Position numbers and translations under genes: made by a program. Below the pieces are notes generated by a model that made no database searches, was not told the DNA's origin, and worked only from the letters and a program-made list of their open reading frames with translations. From the NCBI RefSeq assembly GCF_009914755.1, contig NC_060946.1: a stretch of DNA of 64,000 nt; one strand, written 5' to 3'. Source of the DNA: the human T2T-CHM13v2.0 reference genome, Homo sapiens. Shown here piece after piece: positions 15,001 to 30,000 of this stretch (the stretch's first letter is position 1; each line of letters starts with the position of its first letter).

Positions 15001-18000
15001 ATGGAGTGGGGTGCAGTAGATTGGAAAGGAATGGAATAGAATGGAATGGAATGGAATGGAATGGAAAGGAATGGAATGGAATGGAATGGAAAAGAATGGA
15101 GTTGAATGGACTCGAATGGAATGGACTGGAATGAAATGGACTCGAATGCAATGGAGTCGAATGGAACGGAATTGGATGGAATGGCATTGAATGGAGTGGA
15201 ATGCAATGGAATGTAAAGGAATGGAGTGTAGTGGAGTGTAGTGGAGTGGAATGCAATGGAGTGGAGTGGAGTGGATTGGAGTTGAATTTAATGGAATGGA
15301 ATGGAATGCAGTGTAATGGAATGGAGTGGAGTGGAGTGGGCTGGCGTGGAATGGAATTGTATGAAGGATAGTGGAGTGGAGTGAAGTGGAATGCAATGGA
15401 ATGTAAGGTAATGGAGTAGGGTGGAGTGGAGTGGAATTGAATGCAATGGAATGGAATGGAGTGGAGTGGAGTGGAATATAGTGGAGTGGAGTAGAGTGGA
15501 TTGGTGTGGAATGGAGTGGAGTGGAATGGAGTGGAATAGAAAGGAACGGAAAGGAATGGGGTGGTGTTGAGTGGAGTGGAATTGAATGGAATGGACTGTA
15601 ATGGAAAGGAATTTAATGGAATGAAGGGGAATGCAGTGGAGTGGAATGGAATGGAATGGAATGGAATGGAATGGAATGGAATGGACTCGAATGGAATGTA
15701 CTGCAATGAAATGGACTCAAATGGAATGGAGTCAAATAGAACGGAATTGAACGGAATGGAATCGAATGAAGAGGAATTCAATGGAATATAATGGAATGGA
15801 GTGAAGTGAAGTGGAGTGGAATGCAATGGAGTGGAATGCAGTGGAGTGGAGTGGAATTTAATTTAATGGAATGGAATGGAGTGCAGTGGAGTGGAGTGGA
15901 GTGGAGTTCAGGGGAGTGGAGTGCAATTTAATGTAATGGAATGGAATGGAGTGCAGTGGAGTGGAGTGGAGTGGAATGGAATTGTTTGGAGGGGAGTGGA
16001 GTGGAGTGCAGTGGAATGCAATGGAATGTGATTGAATGGAGTAGGGTTGAGTAGAGTGGTATCGAATACAATGGAACAGAATGGATTGGAGTGGAGTGGA
16101 ATGTAGTGTAGTGGAGTAGAGTGCAGTGCTTTGGAAAGGAGTGGATTGGAGTGTAATTGAATGGAATGGAATGGAGTGGAATGGATTTTACGGGAGTGGA
16201 GCGGAGTGGAATGGAGTGGATTGGACTGGATTGGAGTGGAATGGAGTGGAATCGAGTAGACCCCAATGAAGTTTAATGGAGTGGAATGTAATGGAATGGA
16301 ATGGAATGAAATGGAATGGACTCAAAAGGAAAGGACTAAAATGGAAGGGAGTGGACTGGATAGGACTCCAATGAAATGGAATCAAACAGAAAGGAATAGA
16401 ATGGAATGTTACCGAATGGAGAGGAATCGAATGGAAGGCAGTCAAATGGCATCTAATGGAATCCAACTGAATGCGGTGAAGTGGATTGGAATGGTGTGAA
16501 ATGGAGTGGAATGGAATGGGGTGGAATGGAATTGAATGGAGTGGAGTGGAGTGGAGGGGAATGGAGTGGAGTGCAATGGAATGGGAATGAATGGAATTGA
16601 ACGGAGCAGAGTGGGGTGGAGTAGAGTGGAATGCAATGGATTGGAATGGGAAAGAATGGTATTGAAAGGAGCAGAGTGGGGTGAAGTGGAGTGGAATGCA
16701 ATGGAATGGAATGGAGTGGAGTGGCGTGGAGTGGAATGGAGTCGAATCAAGTGGACTGGAATGGATTGGAATGCAATGGACTCAAATAGAATGAACTGGA
16801 ATAGAATGGACTGGAATGGAATGGTCTCCAACGGATTGGACATGAAAGGTATGGACTGGAATGGGACGGAATGGAATGGAGTGGACTCGAATGGGATGAA
16901 CAAGAATGGAATACACTCGAATGGAATGGAATCGAATGAAATGGAATACAATGGAATGGAATCAAATGGAATCAAATGGAATGGAATGGAATGCAGTGAA
17001 AGGGAGTGCAGTGGAGTGGATATGAGTGGAATGTAATGGGGTGGAATCAAATTGAATGGAGTGGGGTGGAGTGGAGTGGAATGGAGTGGAATGGAATGGG
17101 CAGGAATGGAATTGAACGGAGTGGAGTGGAGTGGATTGGTGTGGAGTGGAATGCAATGGAATGGAATGGAAAGGTAAGGAATGGAGTGGAATGGAATGGA
17201 ATGGAATCGAATGGGTTGGAATCAAACGGAATGGAATTGAATTTCATCGAATGGAATCGAATGGAATGCAGTGAAGTGGAGTGGAGAGAAGTAGAATGCA
17301 AGGGAATGGAATGGAATGCAATGGACAGGAGTGGAGTGGTGTGGAGTTGACTGGAGGGGAATGGAATGGAATGTAATTGACAGGAGTGGAGTGGAGTGGA
17401 CAGGAATGGAATGGAGTGGAGTGGAATGGAATGAAATATTCTCGAATGGAAAGGAGTCAAATGGAATGGAGTCTAACAGAATGGAATCGATTGGAATGGA
17501 ATTGAATGGAATGGTTTCAAAAGACATTCAATGGAAATAAATGTAAAGCATTGAAATTGAGTGGAGTGGAGTGGAGTGTAATGGAATGTGGTGGAACGGA
17601 ATTGAATGGAGTGGAGTGGATTGGAGTGCAATGGAGTGGAAAAGAATGGAATGTGACGGAATGGAATAGAACGTAGTGGAATGGAGTGAAGTGGAACAGA
17701 GTGGAGAGGAGTGGAGTGGAATGGAGAGGAGTGGAGTGGAATGGATTGGAGTGGAGTGGATAGGAATGGAGTGGAATGGTGTGCAATGGAATGGAGTGGA
17801 ATGGAATGGAGCGTACTGAAGTGGAATGGATTGGAGAGGAGTGGATTGGAATGGTATGGAGTACAGTGGAATGGAGTGGAGTGGAGTGGAGAGGAGTGGA
17901 TTGGAATGGAGTGGAATGGAATGGATTGGAGTGAAATGGAATGGAATGGCATGAAAAGGAATGGAGTGGAATGGAGTGGAGTGGAGTGGAATTGAATGGA

Positions 18001-21000
18001 ATAGACTCTAATGGAATAGAATGGAGTGGGGTGCAGTGGAATGGAATGGAATGGAATGGAATGGAATGGAATGGAGTTGAATGTACTCGAATGGAATGGA
18101 CTCGAATGAAATGGACTCAAAGGGAATGGAGTTGAATGGAATGGAATTGAATAGATTGGAATTGAATGGAGTGGAATGCCACGGAATCTAAAGGAATGGA
18201 TTGGAGTGTAGTGTAGTGGAGTGTAATGCAATGGAGTTGAGTAGAATGGAATGGATTGGAGTGGGATTTAATGGAATGGAATGGAATGCAGTGTAATGGA
18301 ATTGAGTGGAGTGGAGTGGAGTGGCGTGTAAGGGAATTCTATGTAGTGGAGTGGAGTGCAGTAGAATGCAATGGAATGGAATGGAATGGAGTAGGGTGGA
18401 GTGGAGTGGAATGGAATGCAACGGAATGGAGTGGAGTGGAGTGAAGTCGAATGTAGTAGAGTGGAGTAGATTGGAGGGGTGTGGAATGGAGTGGAGTGGA
18501 GTGGAGTGGAATGGAGTGGAGTAGAATGGATTGGAGTGGAATGGAGTAGAATCAAGTGGATTTTAATGGAGTGGAATGGAGTGGAATGGAATGCAATGGA
18601 ATGGAATGGAATGGACTCCAATGGAAAGGACTAAAATGGAATGGAGTGGAATGGAACAGACTCGAATAGAATGGGATCAAAGGAATGAAAAGGAATGGAA
18701 TGCAACCGAATGGAAAGGCATCAAATGGAAGGGAGTTGAATGGCATCAAATGGAATCCAATTGAAAGCGGTCAAGTGGAGTGGAGAAGTGTGAAATGGAG
18801 TGGAAGGGAATGCTGTGGAAAGGAATTGAATGGAATGGAGTGGATTGGAGTGGAATGGAGTGGAGTGGCATTGAATGGGAAAGAGTGGAATTGAACGGAG
18901 TGGAGTGGGGTGGAGTAGAGTGGAATGCAATGGATTGGAATGTGAAAGAATGGAATTGAACGGAGCAGAGTGGGGTGAAGTGGAGTGGAATACAATGGAA
19001 TAGAATGGAATGGAGTGGAGTGGAGTGGAGTGGAGTAGAGTGGAGTGGTGTGGAGTGGAGTGGACTAGAATGAAGTGGAGTGGAGTGGAATGGAGTGGCA
19101 TCAAGGAGACTGGAATGGAGTGGAACGGAATGGAATCGAATCGCATGAACTGTAATGGAATGGACTCCAATGGATTGGACATGAATGGAATGGGCTCGAA
19201 TGGAGTGTAATGGAATGGAATCGAATGGGATGAACTCGAATGGAATGGACTCGAATGAAATGGAAACGAATGGAATGGAATTGAAAGGAATGTTATCGAA
19301 TGGAATGGAATCAAATGGAATTGAATACAATGGAATGGATTCAAATGGAATTGAATAGAATTGAATTGAATGCAGTAAATGGGAGTGCAGTGGAGTGGAT
19401 AGGAGTGGAATGGAATGGGGTGGAATGGAAATCAATGGAGAGGGCTGGAGTGGACTGGAATGGATTGCAATGGAATGGAATGGGAAGGAATGGAATTGAA
19501 CGGAGTGGAGTGGAATGAATTGGAGTGGAGTGGAATGCAATGCAATGGAATGGAAAGGAATGGAATGGAATAAATGGAATGGAAACGAAGGGGCTGTAAT
19601 CATATAGAATGGAATTGAATTTCATCGAATGGAATCGAATGGAAAGCAGTGTAGTCGAGTGGATTGGAGTGGAATGCAGGGGAATGGAATGGAATGCAAT
19701 GGACAGGAGGGGAGTGTAGTGTAGCGTAGTGTAGTGGACTGGAGAGGAATGGAATGGAATGCGATGGAGAGGAGTGGAGTGGAGTGGACTGCAGTGGAAT
19801 GGAATGGAGTGGAGTGGAGTGAAATGGAATGGAATGGCCTCGAATGGAATGGAATCGAATGGAATGGAGTCTAATAGAGTGGAATCGACTGGAATGAAAT
19901 CGAAAGGAATGGTATTGAATGGCATCGAATGGAATTTAAGGGAATGCATTGAAGTTGAGTGGAGAGGAGTTCAGGGTAACGGAATGGCATGGAATGGAAA
20001 TGAGTGGAGTGGAGTGTATTGGAGTGGAATAGAGAGGAAAGGAATGCAACGAGACGGAATGAAATTGAAGGTAGCGGAGTGCAGTGAAGTGGAATGGAGC
20101 AGAGAGGAGTGGAGTGGAATGGAATGGAGTGGAGTGGAATGGATTGGAGTGGAGTGGATAGGAGTGGAGTGTAATAGAATCGAGTGGAATGGAATGGAGT
20201 GGAGTGACGTGGAATGGAATGGAGAAGAGTGGAGTGGAGTGGAATGGAATGGAGTGCAGTGGAATGGAGTGGGGTGGAGTGGAGAGGAGTGGAATGGAAT
20301 GGAGTGGAATGGAATGGAGTGGAATGGAATGGAGTGGAGTGGAATGGAATGGAAAGGAATGGAGTGAAATGGAGTGGAGTGGATTGGAGTGGAATTGAAT
20401 GGAATGGACTGTAATGGAATGTAATGGAGTGAAATGGAGTGGAGTGGAGTGGAATTGAATGGAATGGACTGTAATGGAATGGAATGGAGTGGTATGGTGT
20501 GGAGTGCAGTGGAGTGGAATGGAATGGAATGGAAATGAATGGAGTGGAATGGACTCAAATGGAATGGTTTCGAATGGAAGGGAATTGAAGGGAATGGAAT
20601 CGAACGGATTGGAATGCAACGGAATGTAATGGAATGGAGTGTAGTGCAGTGGAATGCAATGGAGTGGAGTGGAGTGGAGTGGATTGTAGTGGAATGTAAT
20701 GTAATAGAATGGAGTGGAATGGAATGGAGAGGAGAGGAGTGGAGTGGAATGGAATTGTATGGAGGGGAGTGGGGTGAAGTGCAGTGGAATGCAATCGAAT
20801 GTAATGGAATGCATTAGGGTGGAGTGGAGTGGAATAGAATGCAATGGAATGGAATGGAGTGGAGTGGAGTGGAGTGGAATGGAGAGGAATATAGTGAAGT
20901 GGAGTACAGTGGAGTGGTGTGGAATGCAGTGGAGTGGAATGGAATGGAGTGGAGTGAAATGGAGTGGAATGGATTTTAGGGTACTGGACTGGAGTGGAGT

Positions 21001-24000
21001 TGAATGGAGTGGAGTGGAATGGATTGGAGTGGAATAGAGTGGAATCGAGTGGACTCTAATGGAGTGGAATGGAGTGGAATGGAATGTAATAGAACGGAAC
21101 GGAATGGAATGCAATGGACTCGCATGCAAAGGACTAAAATGGAATGGAGTGGAATGGAATGGACGCGAATGGAATGGAATCAAATGTGATGGAATCGAAT
21201 GGAATGTTAGCGAATGGAAAGTAATCGAATGAAATGGAGTCGAATGGCATTGAATGGAATCCAATTGAATGCAGTAAAGTGAAGTGGAGTGGTGTGAAAT
21301 GGACTGGAATGGAATGCGGTGGAATGGAATTGAATGGAGTGGAGTGGAGTGGAATGGAGAGGAATGAAATGGAATGGGAAAGAATGGAACGGAAAGGAGC
21401 GGAGTGGGATGGAGTAGTACACAATGCAATGTATTGCAATGGGAAAGAATGGAATGTAACGGTGAGGAGTGGGGTGCAGAAGAAGGGAATGCAATGGATT
21501 GGAAGAGGAAAGAATGGAATTTAACGGATCACACTGGGGTGAAGAGGAATGGAATGGAATGGACTGCAGTGGAGTGGAGTGGATTGGTGTGGAGTGGAGT
21601 GGAGTGTAATGGAGTGGAGTTGAATGGAGTGGAATGGAGTGGAGTGGAGTGGAAAGGAGTAGAGTATAGTAGAGTGGAATGGAGTGGAATCAAGTGGACT
21701 GGAATGGAGTGGAATTGAATGGACTCGAATCAAATTAACTGGAATGGAATGGACTGGAAAGGAATGGTCTCCAATGGATTGGACACAAAAGGAATGGAAT
21801 CGAATGGAACGGAATGGAATTTGCTCGAATGCGATCGAGTCGAATGGAATAGACTCGAATGCAATGAAATCGAATGGAATGGAATCAAATGGAATGGAAT
21901 GGAATGGAATGGAATGGAATACAATGGAAAGGAATTAAATGGAATAGAATGTAATGCAGTGAAGGGGAGTGCAGTGGACTGGATTGGATTGGAATGGAAT
22001 GGGGTGGAATGAAATTGAATGGAGTGGGGTTGAGTGGAGTGGAATGAAGTGGAATAGAATGGAATGGGAAGGAATGGAATTAAACGGAGTGGAGGGGAAT
22101 GGATTGGACAGCAGTGGAGTGGAGTGAAATGTAATGGAGTGCAGTGGAATTGAGTGGAATGGAGTTGAGAGAAGTGGAGTGGAATGTAGTGGAATGGAAT
22201 GCTGTGGAATGGAATGGAGTGGAGTGGAATGGAATGGAATGGAATGGAATGGAATGGAATGGAATGGAATGGAGTGGAATGGAGAGGAGTGGAGTGGAGT
22301 TGAATTGAATCTAATGGACTATAAACGGTTGCAATGGATTGGAATGGAGTGGAGTGGAATGGACTCAAATGGAATGGACTCGAATTGAATGGAGTCGAAT
22401 GGAATGGAATCAAAAGGAATGGAGTCAAATGCAATGGAACAAGTGGAATGGAATCGAATGGGTTGGAATCAAAAGGAGTGGAATTGAAATTCATAGAATG
22501 GAATCGAATGGAATGTCGTGAAGAGAAGTGGATTGGAATGGAATGCAGTGGATTGGAATAGAATGGAATGGAGTGAACTGGAAGGGAGTGGAAGGGAGTG
22601 GAGTGGAATGGAACAAAGTGGAGTGCAGTGGAGTGGATTGGAATTTAGCGGAGTGGAATGGAGTGGAGTGCAATGGAATAGAGTGGAGTAGAGTGGATTG
22701 TAGGGGTGTGGATGGGAGTGGAATGAAATGGAATGGAATGAAGTGGAGTAGAGTGGAGTGGAGTGGAATGGAGTGGAATGGAGTGGTGTGAAGTAGAATC
22801 GAGTTGAGTGGAAAGGAGTAGAGTGGAATACAGTGGAATGGCTGGAGTCAAGTGGAGTGGAGTGAAGTGGAGTGGAATGGAATGGAGTGGAGTGGATTGG
22901 AGTGGAATGGAGGGGAATGGAATGGAGTGGATTGGAGTGGAATTGTGAGGAATGGAACAGAATGGAGTGCACTCAAACAAACTGGACTGGAAATGTATGG
23001 ACTCGAATGGATTGGACTCGAATGGATAGGAATGGATGGAATGGAATGGAAAGGAATCGAATCAAATGGAACGAAATCGAATGGGATCAAATGGAATCGA
23101 ATGGAATGCTGAAAGGTGGAGTGGAGTGGAATGGAGTGGAATGGAATGGAAGGGAGTGGAGTGGAGCGGTTTGTAATGGAGTGGAGCTGAATGGAATTTA
23201 GTGGAGTGGAGTGGGGTTGAATGTAATGTAATTGAATGTAATGTCATGGAATGGAGTGGAGTGGGTTGGAGTGGAATGGAATGGAATGAAATGAAATGGT
23301 GTGGAGTGGCTTGGAGTGGAATGAAACAGAATGGAATGGAGTGCAGTGGAGTGGAGTGGAATTGAATGGAGTGCAGTGGAATGTAATGGAATGGATTGGA
23401 CGGGAGTGGAGTGGAGAGGAAAGGAACGGGGTGGAGTGGAGTGGAGCGAAGTCGAATGGAGTTGAGTGGAGTGGAACGGAATGTAGTGTAATGGAATGTA
23501 ATGGAGTGGAGTGGTGCTACATGGAGTGGAATGGAGTGGAAAGGAGTGGATTGAAGTGGAATGGAGTGGAGTGGAATGGAATGGAATGGAATGGAATGGA
23601 ATGGAATGGAATGGAATGGAGTGGAATCGAAAGGAATGGAATCGAACGGAATGGAATCAAATGGAATCGAATGGTACTGAATGGAATCGAATGCAATGTA
23701 ATCGAAAGAAATGGAATCAAATAGATTGGAATTGTATGGCATCGAATGGAATCCAATGGAATGTGGTGAAGTGGAGTGGAGTGGAGTGGAATCCAGTGGA
23801 ATGGAATGCGTTGGAAGGGAATGGAGTGGTGTGAAGTGGAGTGGAAGGGAGTGGAATGGAATGGAATAGGAAGTAATGGAATTGAACAGAGTGGATTGGA
23901 GTGGAGTGGAGTGGAGAGGAAAGCAATGGAATGGAATGGAATCGAGTGGAGTGGAGTCGAGTGAAATGAAATGGAAGGGAATCAGTGGAGTGGATTGGAG

Positions 24001-27000
24001 TGGAATGGAGTGGAGTGGAATGGAGTAGAATGGAGTGGAGTGGAGTGGATTGGAATGGAGGGTATTGGAATGGAGTGGAGCGGAGTGGAGTGGATTGGAA
24101 TGGAATGCAAAGGAAAGGAATACAGTGTAAGGCAGTAGAGTGAAGTGGAGTGGAGTGGAATGGAATGGAATGGAATGGAATATAATGGAATGGAATGGAA
24201 TGGACTGGAAAGGAATGGACTCGAATGGAATGCAATCGAAAGGCATCGACTCGAATGGAATGGACCTGAATGCAATAGACTGGAATGGAATGGAATGGAA
24301 TTGAATGGAATCGAAAGGCATCGAATCGAATCGAATGGAATGCGGTGAAATTGAGTGGAGTGGGGTGGGGTGGAATGGAATGGAATGTGGGGGAAGGGAA
24401 GTGTAAGTAGTGGAGTGGAGTGGAGTGGAATGGAGTGTAATGGAATGGAATGGGAAGAAAGGGAAGTGAACACAGAGGAGGAGAGTGGAGTGGAGAGGAA
24501 TGTAATGGAATGGAAAGGAATGGAGTGGAGTGCAATGTATTTTAATGGAGTGGATTGTAAAGGATTGGAGTGGAATGGAGTTGAATGGAATGGTGTAGAG
24601 TGGATTGGAGTGGAATGGAGTGGAGACGAGTGGAATGGAATGGAATGGACTGGAATGGAATGGAATCTAATGGAAAGGAATAAAATGGCATGGAATCAAA
24701 TGGTATGGAATTGAATGGAATGGTTTCAAATGGAATGGAATTGAATGGAATGGAAAAGAATGGCGTCAAATAGAATTGGATGGAAGGTGGTGAAGTGGAA
24801 TGGAGTGGAGTGGGATGGAGTGGAATGGAACGTGGTGGAATGGAATTGAAAGTAGTGGAGTGGAGTGGAGTGGAATGAGCTGTAATGGAATCGATGGGGC
24901 AGGAGGGGAAGTGAACACAGAAGAGTGGAGTGGAATGCAGTAAAATGGAATGGAATAGAGTGGAGTGGAGTGAAATGCATTGGAGTGGAGTGGAGTGGAA
25001 TGGAATGCAGTGCAGTGGAATGGAGTGGAGTGGAGAGGAGTGGAATGGAATGGAGTGTAATGGAATGGAGTGTAATGGAATGGAGTTGAGTGGAATGAAG
25101 TGGAGTGGAATTGAATGTAATGCACTGTAATGGAATGGAAAGGAATAGAATGGAGTGGAATGCTGAGGAATGGAAAGGAATGGAATGTAACGGAATGGAG
25201 TGGAGTGGAATGGACTCGAATTGAATGGACTGGAATGGAATGGTCTCAAAAAGAATGGAGTCGAATGGAAAGGAATTGAGTGGAAGGAATCAAATGGAGT
25301 GGAATGCAATGGAATGTAATGGAATAGAGTGGAGTGTGGTGGAGTGGAGTGGAATGCAATGGAATGTAAAGGAATAGAGTGGAGTGTAGTGGAATGGAGT
25401 GGAATGCAATGGATTGGAGTGGAGTGGAGTGGATTGGAGTGGAATTTAATGGAATGGAATGGAGTGTAATGGAATGAAGTGGAGTGGAGTGGAGTGGAAT
25501 GGAATTTTATGGAGGGGAGTGAAGTGGAGTGTAGTGGAATGCAATGGAATGTAATGGAATGGAGGAGGGTGGCAAGGAGTGGAAGGGAATGCAATGGAAT
25601 GGAGTGGATTGGAGGGGAGTGGAGTGGAATGAAGTGGAGTGGAGTAGAGTGGAGTTCTGTGGAATGGAGTGGAGTGGAGTGGAAAGGGGGGGACTGGAGT
25701 GGAATGGAGTGGAGTAGAATGGAGTGGAATGGACTTTAGGGGAGTGGAGTGGAGTGGAATGGAGTGGAGTGGAGTGGATTAGAGTGGAATGGAGTGGAAT
25801 CAAGTGGACTCTAATGGAGTGGAATGGAGTGGAGTGGAATGGAGAGGAATGGAGTGGAGTGGAATGGAGTGGAGTGGATTAGAGTGGAATGGGGTGGAGT
25901 CGAGTGGACTCTAATGGAGTGGAATGGAGTGGAGTGGAATGCAATGGAATGGAATAAAATGGACTCCAATGGAAAGAAAGAAAATGGAATGGAGTGGAAT
26001 GGAACGGACTCGAATGGAATGGAATGGAGTAGAATGGAATCGAATGGACTGTTACTGAATGGAAAGGAATCGAATGGAATGGAGTCGAATGGCATCAAAT
26101 GGAATCCAACTGAATGCGGTCAAGTGGAGTGGTGTGAAATGGAGTGGAAAGGAATGGGGTGTAATGGAATATAATGGAGTGGAGTGGAGAGGATTGGAGT
26201 AGAATGGAGTGGAGTGGAATGGATTGGGAAGGAATGGAATTGAAAGGAGCAGTGTGGAGTGGAGTAAAGTGGAATGCAATGGATTGGAATGGGAAAGAAT
26301 GGAAATGAATGGAGCAGAGTTTAGTGAAGTGCAGTAGAATGCAATGGAATGGAAAGGAATGGAGTGGAGTGGAATGGAATGCAGTGGAATGTACTGGAGT
26401 GGAGTGGAATGGAATGGAATGGAATGCAATGGAATGGAATGGAAAGGAATGGAGTGGAATGGAGTGGAATGGAGTGGAGTGGAGTGTAATTGAATGGAAT
26501 GGACAGTAGTGGAATGGAAGGGAATGGATTGGAGGGGAATGCAGAGGAGTGGAATGGAATGGAATGGAATGGAATGGAATTGAAAGGAATGGAGAGGAAT
26601 GGACTTGAATGGAATGGACTGGAATGAAATGGACAAGAATGGAATGGAGTCGAAAGGAACGGAATTGAATGGAATGGAATTGAAGGGAGTTGAATGCAAC
26701 GGAATGTAATGGAATGGAGTCGAGTGGAGTGGAGTAGAATGCAATGGACTGGAGTGCATTGGAGTGGATTTGAGTTGAATTTAATGGAATGGAATGGAAT
26801 GGAGAGGAACGGAATGGCGTGGAGTGGAATGGAATGGAATTCTATGCAGGGGAGTGGAGTGGAGTGGAATGCAATGGAATGTAATGGAATGGAGTAGATT
26901 GGAATGAAGTGGAATGTAGTGGAGTGGACTAGAGTGGAATGGTGTGGAATGGAGTGGAGTGGAGTGGAGTCGAATGGAATGGAGTGGAGTGGAATGGATG

Positions 27001-30000
27001 GAATGGATTTTAGGGGGATTGGATTGGATTGGAGTGTAATGGAGTGGAATGGATTTTAAGGTAGTGGAGTGGAGTGGAGAGTAACGGAGTGGTGTGGAGA
27101 GGATTGGAGTGGAATGGAGAGGAATCGAGTGAACACTAATGGAGAGAAATTAAGTGGATTGGATTGGAATGGAATGGAATGGAATGGTATGGAATGGACT
27201 CGAATGGAAAGGACTAAAATGGAATGGAGTAGAATGGCATGTACACGAATGTAATGGAATTGAATGGAATGGAATCGAATGGAATGTTACTGAATGGAAA
27301 GGAATCAAATGGAATGGAGTCGAATGGCATCGAATGGAATCCAATTGAATGCGGTCAAATGGAGTAGAGTGGTGTGAAATGGAGTGGAATGGAATGGGAT
27401 GGAGGGGATTGGAGTGGTATGGAGTGTAGTGGAATGGAATGGGAAAGAATGGAATGGAACTGAGCGGAGTGGGGTGGAATAGAATGGAATGCAATGGACT
27501 GGAATGGGAAAGAATGGAATTGAACGGAACAGAGTGGGTTGAAGTGGAGTGGAATGCAATGGAATTGAATAGAATGGTGTGGAGTGGAGTGGTGTGAAGT
27601 GGTGTGGAGTGGAGTGGAGTTGAATGGAGTGGAATGGAGTGGAGTAGAGTGGAGTGGAATGTTGTGGGTGGAGTGGAATGGACTGGAATCAAGTGGACTG
27701 GAAGGGAGTGGAATGGAATGGACTCAAAGAGAATGAACTGGAATGGAATGGACTGGAATGGAATGGTCTCCAATGGATTGGACATGAATGGAATGGAATG
27801 GAATGGGCTCGAATGGGATGGACTCAGATGGAATAGACTCAAAAGGAATTGAATCGAATGGAATGGAATCAAATGCAATGGAATCGTATCGAATGGTATA
27901 TAACGGAATGGAATCAAATAAAATCGAATGGAATTCAGTGAAGGGGAGTGCAGTGGAGTGGATACGAGTGGAATGGAATGGGGTGGAATGGAATTGAATG
28001 GAGTGGGGTGGAGTGGAGTGCAATGAAGTGGAATGGAATGGAAAGGGAAGGAATGGAATTCAACGGAGTGGAGAGGAATGAATTGGAGTGGAGTGGAATT
28101 AAATGGAAAGGAATGGAATGCAATGGAATGGAATGGAATAAATGGAATAGAATGAAATGGGTTGTAATCACATGGATTGGAATTGAGTTTCATCCAATGG
28201 AACAGAATTTAATGTGGTGTAGTGGAGTGGAGTGGAGGGGAATGCACAGGAAAGGAATGGAATGCAATGGACAGGAGTGGAGTGGATTGGAGTCGACTGG
28301 AGGGGAATTGAATGGAATGCAATGGACAAGAGTGGAGTGGGGCGGAGTAGAGTGGACTGCAGTGGAATGGAATGGAGTGGAGTAGAATGGAAAGGAATGG
28401 TCTCGAATGGAAAGGAAACGAGTAGAATGGAGTCTAATAGAGTGGAATCGATTGGAATGGAATCGAATGGAATGCTATTGAGGAGCATTGAATGGAGTTG
28501 AATGGAATACGTTGAAGTTGAGTGGAGTGGATTGAAGTGGAGTGGAGTGTAATGGAATAGGGTGGAATGGAATTGAACGCAGATGAGTGTATTGGAGTGG
28601 AATGCAGTGGAAAGGAAAGTAATGGGACGGAATGGAATTGAACGTAGGGGAGTGAAGTGAAGTGGAATGGAGTGGAGAGGAGTGGAGTGGAGTGGAATGG
28701 AATGGAGTGGGGTGGAATGGATTGGAGTGGAGTGGAATGGAATGGAATGGAATCGAGTGGAACGGAATGGAGTGGAGTGAAGTGGAATGGATTGGAGAAG
28801 AGTGGAGTGGAGTTGAATGGAATGGAGTGCAGTGGATTAGACTGGAGTGGAGAGGACTGGACAGGAATGGAGAGGAATGGAATGGAGTGGAGTGGAATGG
28901 AATGGAATGGAAGGGAAAGGAAGGGAGTGGAGTGGAATGGAGTGGAGTGGAGTGGGGTGGAGTGGAGTTGAATTGAACGGAATGGACTGTAAGGGAATGG
29001 AATGGAGTGGAATGGAATGGAATGGAATGGAATGGAGTGGAATGGACTCGAATGGAATGGAGTGGAATGGACTCGAATGAAATGGACTGGAATGGAATGG
29101 ACTCGAATGGAATGGAGACGAATGGAATGGAATCGAATGGAATGGAAACGAACGGAGTCGAATGCAATGGAATGGAATGGAATGGAGGGGAGTGGAGTGT
29201 AGTGAAGTGGAATGCAATAGATTGGAGTGGAGTGGAGTGGACTGGAGTGGAATTTAATGAAATGGAATGGAGTGGAATGGAACAGAATGGAATAGAACGG
29301 AGTTGAATGGAATGGATTGCAATGGAATGGACTCGAAATGAATGGAATCGAATGAAATAGAAACGAATGGAATAGAATGGAATGGAAAGGAACGGAATGG
29401 AATGGAATGGAATGGAATGGAATTTAATGGAACGGAATGGTATTGAACAGAATGGAATCGAATGAAATGCAATAGAAGGGAATGGAATCAAATGTAATGG
29501 AATCGAATGAAATGCTGACGAATGGAATGGAATCAAAAGGAATAGATCAAATGGAAGAGAATCGAATGTAATGGAATCTAATGGAATGGAATGGAATGGA
29601 ATGCAATGCAATGGAATGGAAAGTAATAGAACAGAATGGAATGGAATGGAATGGAAAGGAATGGAATGGAATGGAATGGAAAGGAACGGAATGGAATAGA
29701 ATGAAATGGAATGGAATGGAATGGAAATGAATGAAATGGAATCGAATTCAATGGAATGGAATCGAATGGTATGGAATTGAATGGAATGGAATCGAATGGA
29801 ATGAAATCAAATAGAATTGAATGCAATCGAATGGAAAGCGGTGAAGCGGAGTGGTGTGGAGTGGAATGGAGTGGAATGTAATGGGGTGAAATGGAATTGA
29901 ATGGAGTGGAGTCGAGTGTAGTGGAATGGAGTGGAATGGAATTTAATACGAAAGAATGGAATTGAATGGAGTGGTGTGGAGTGGAGTGGAATGGAATGGG

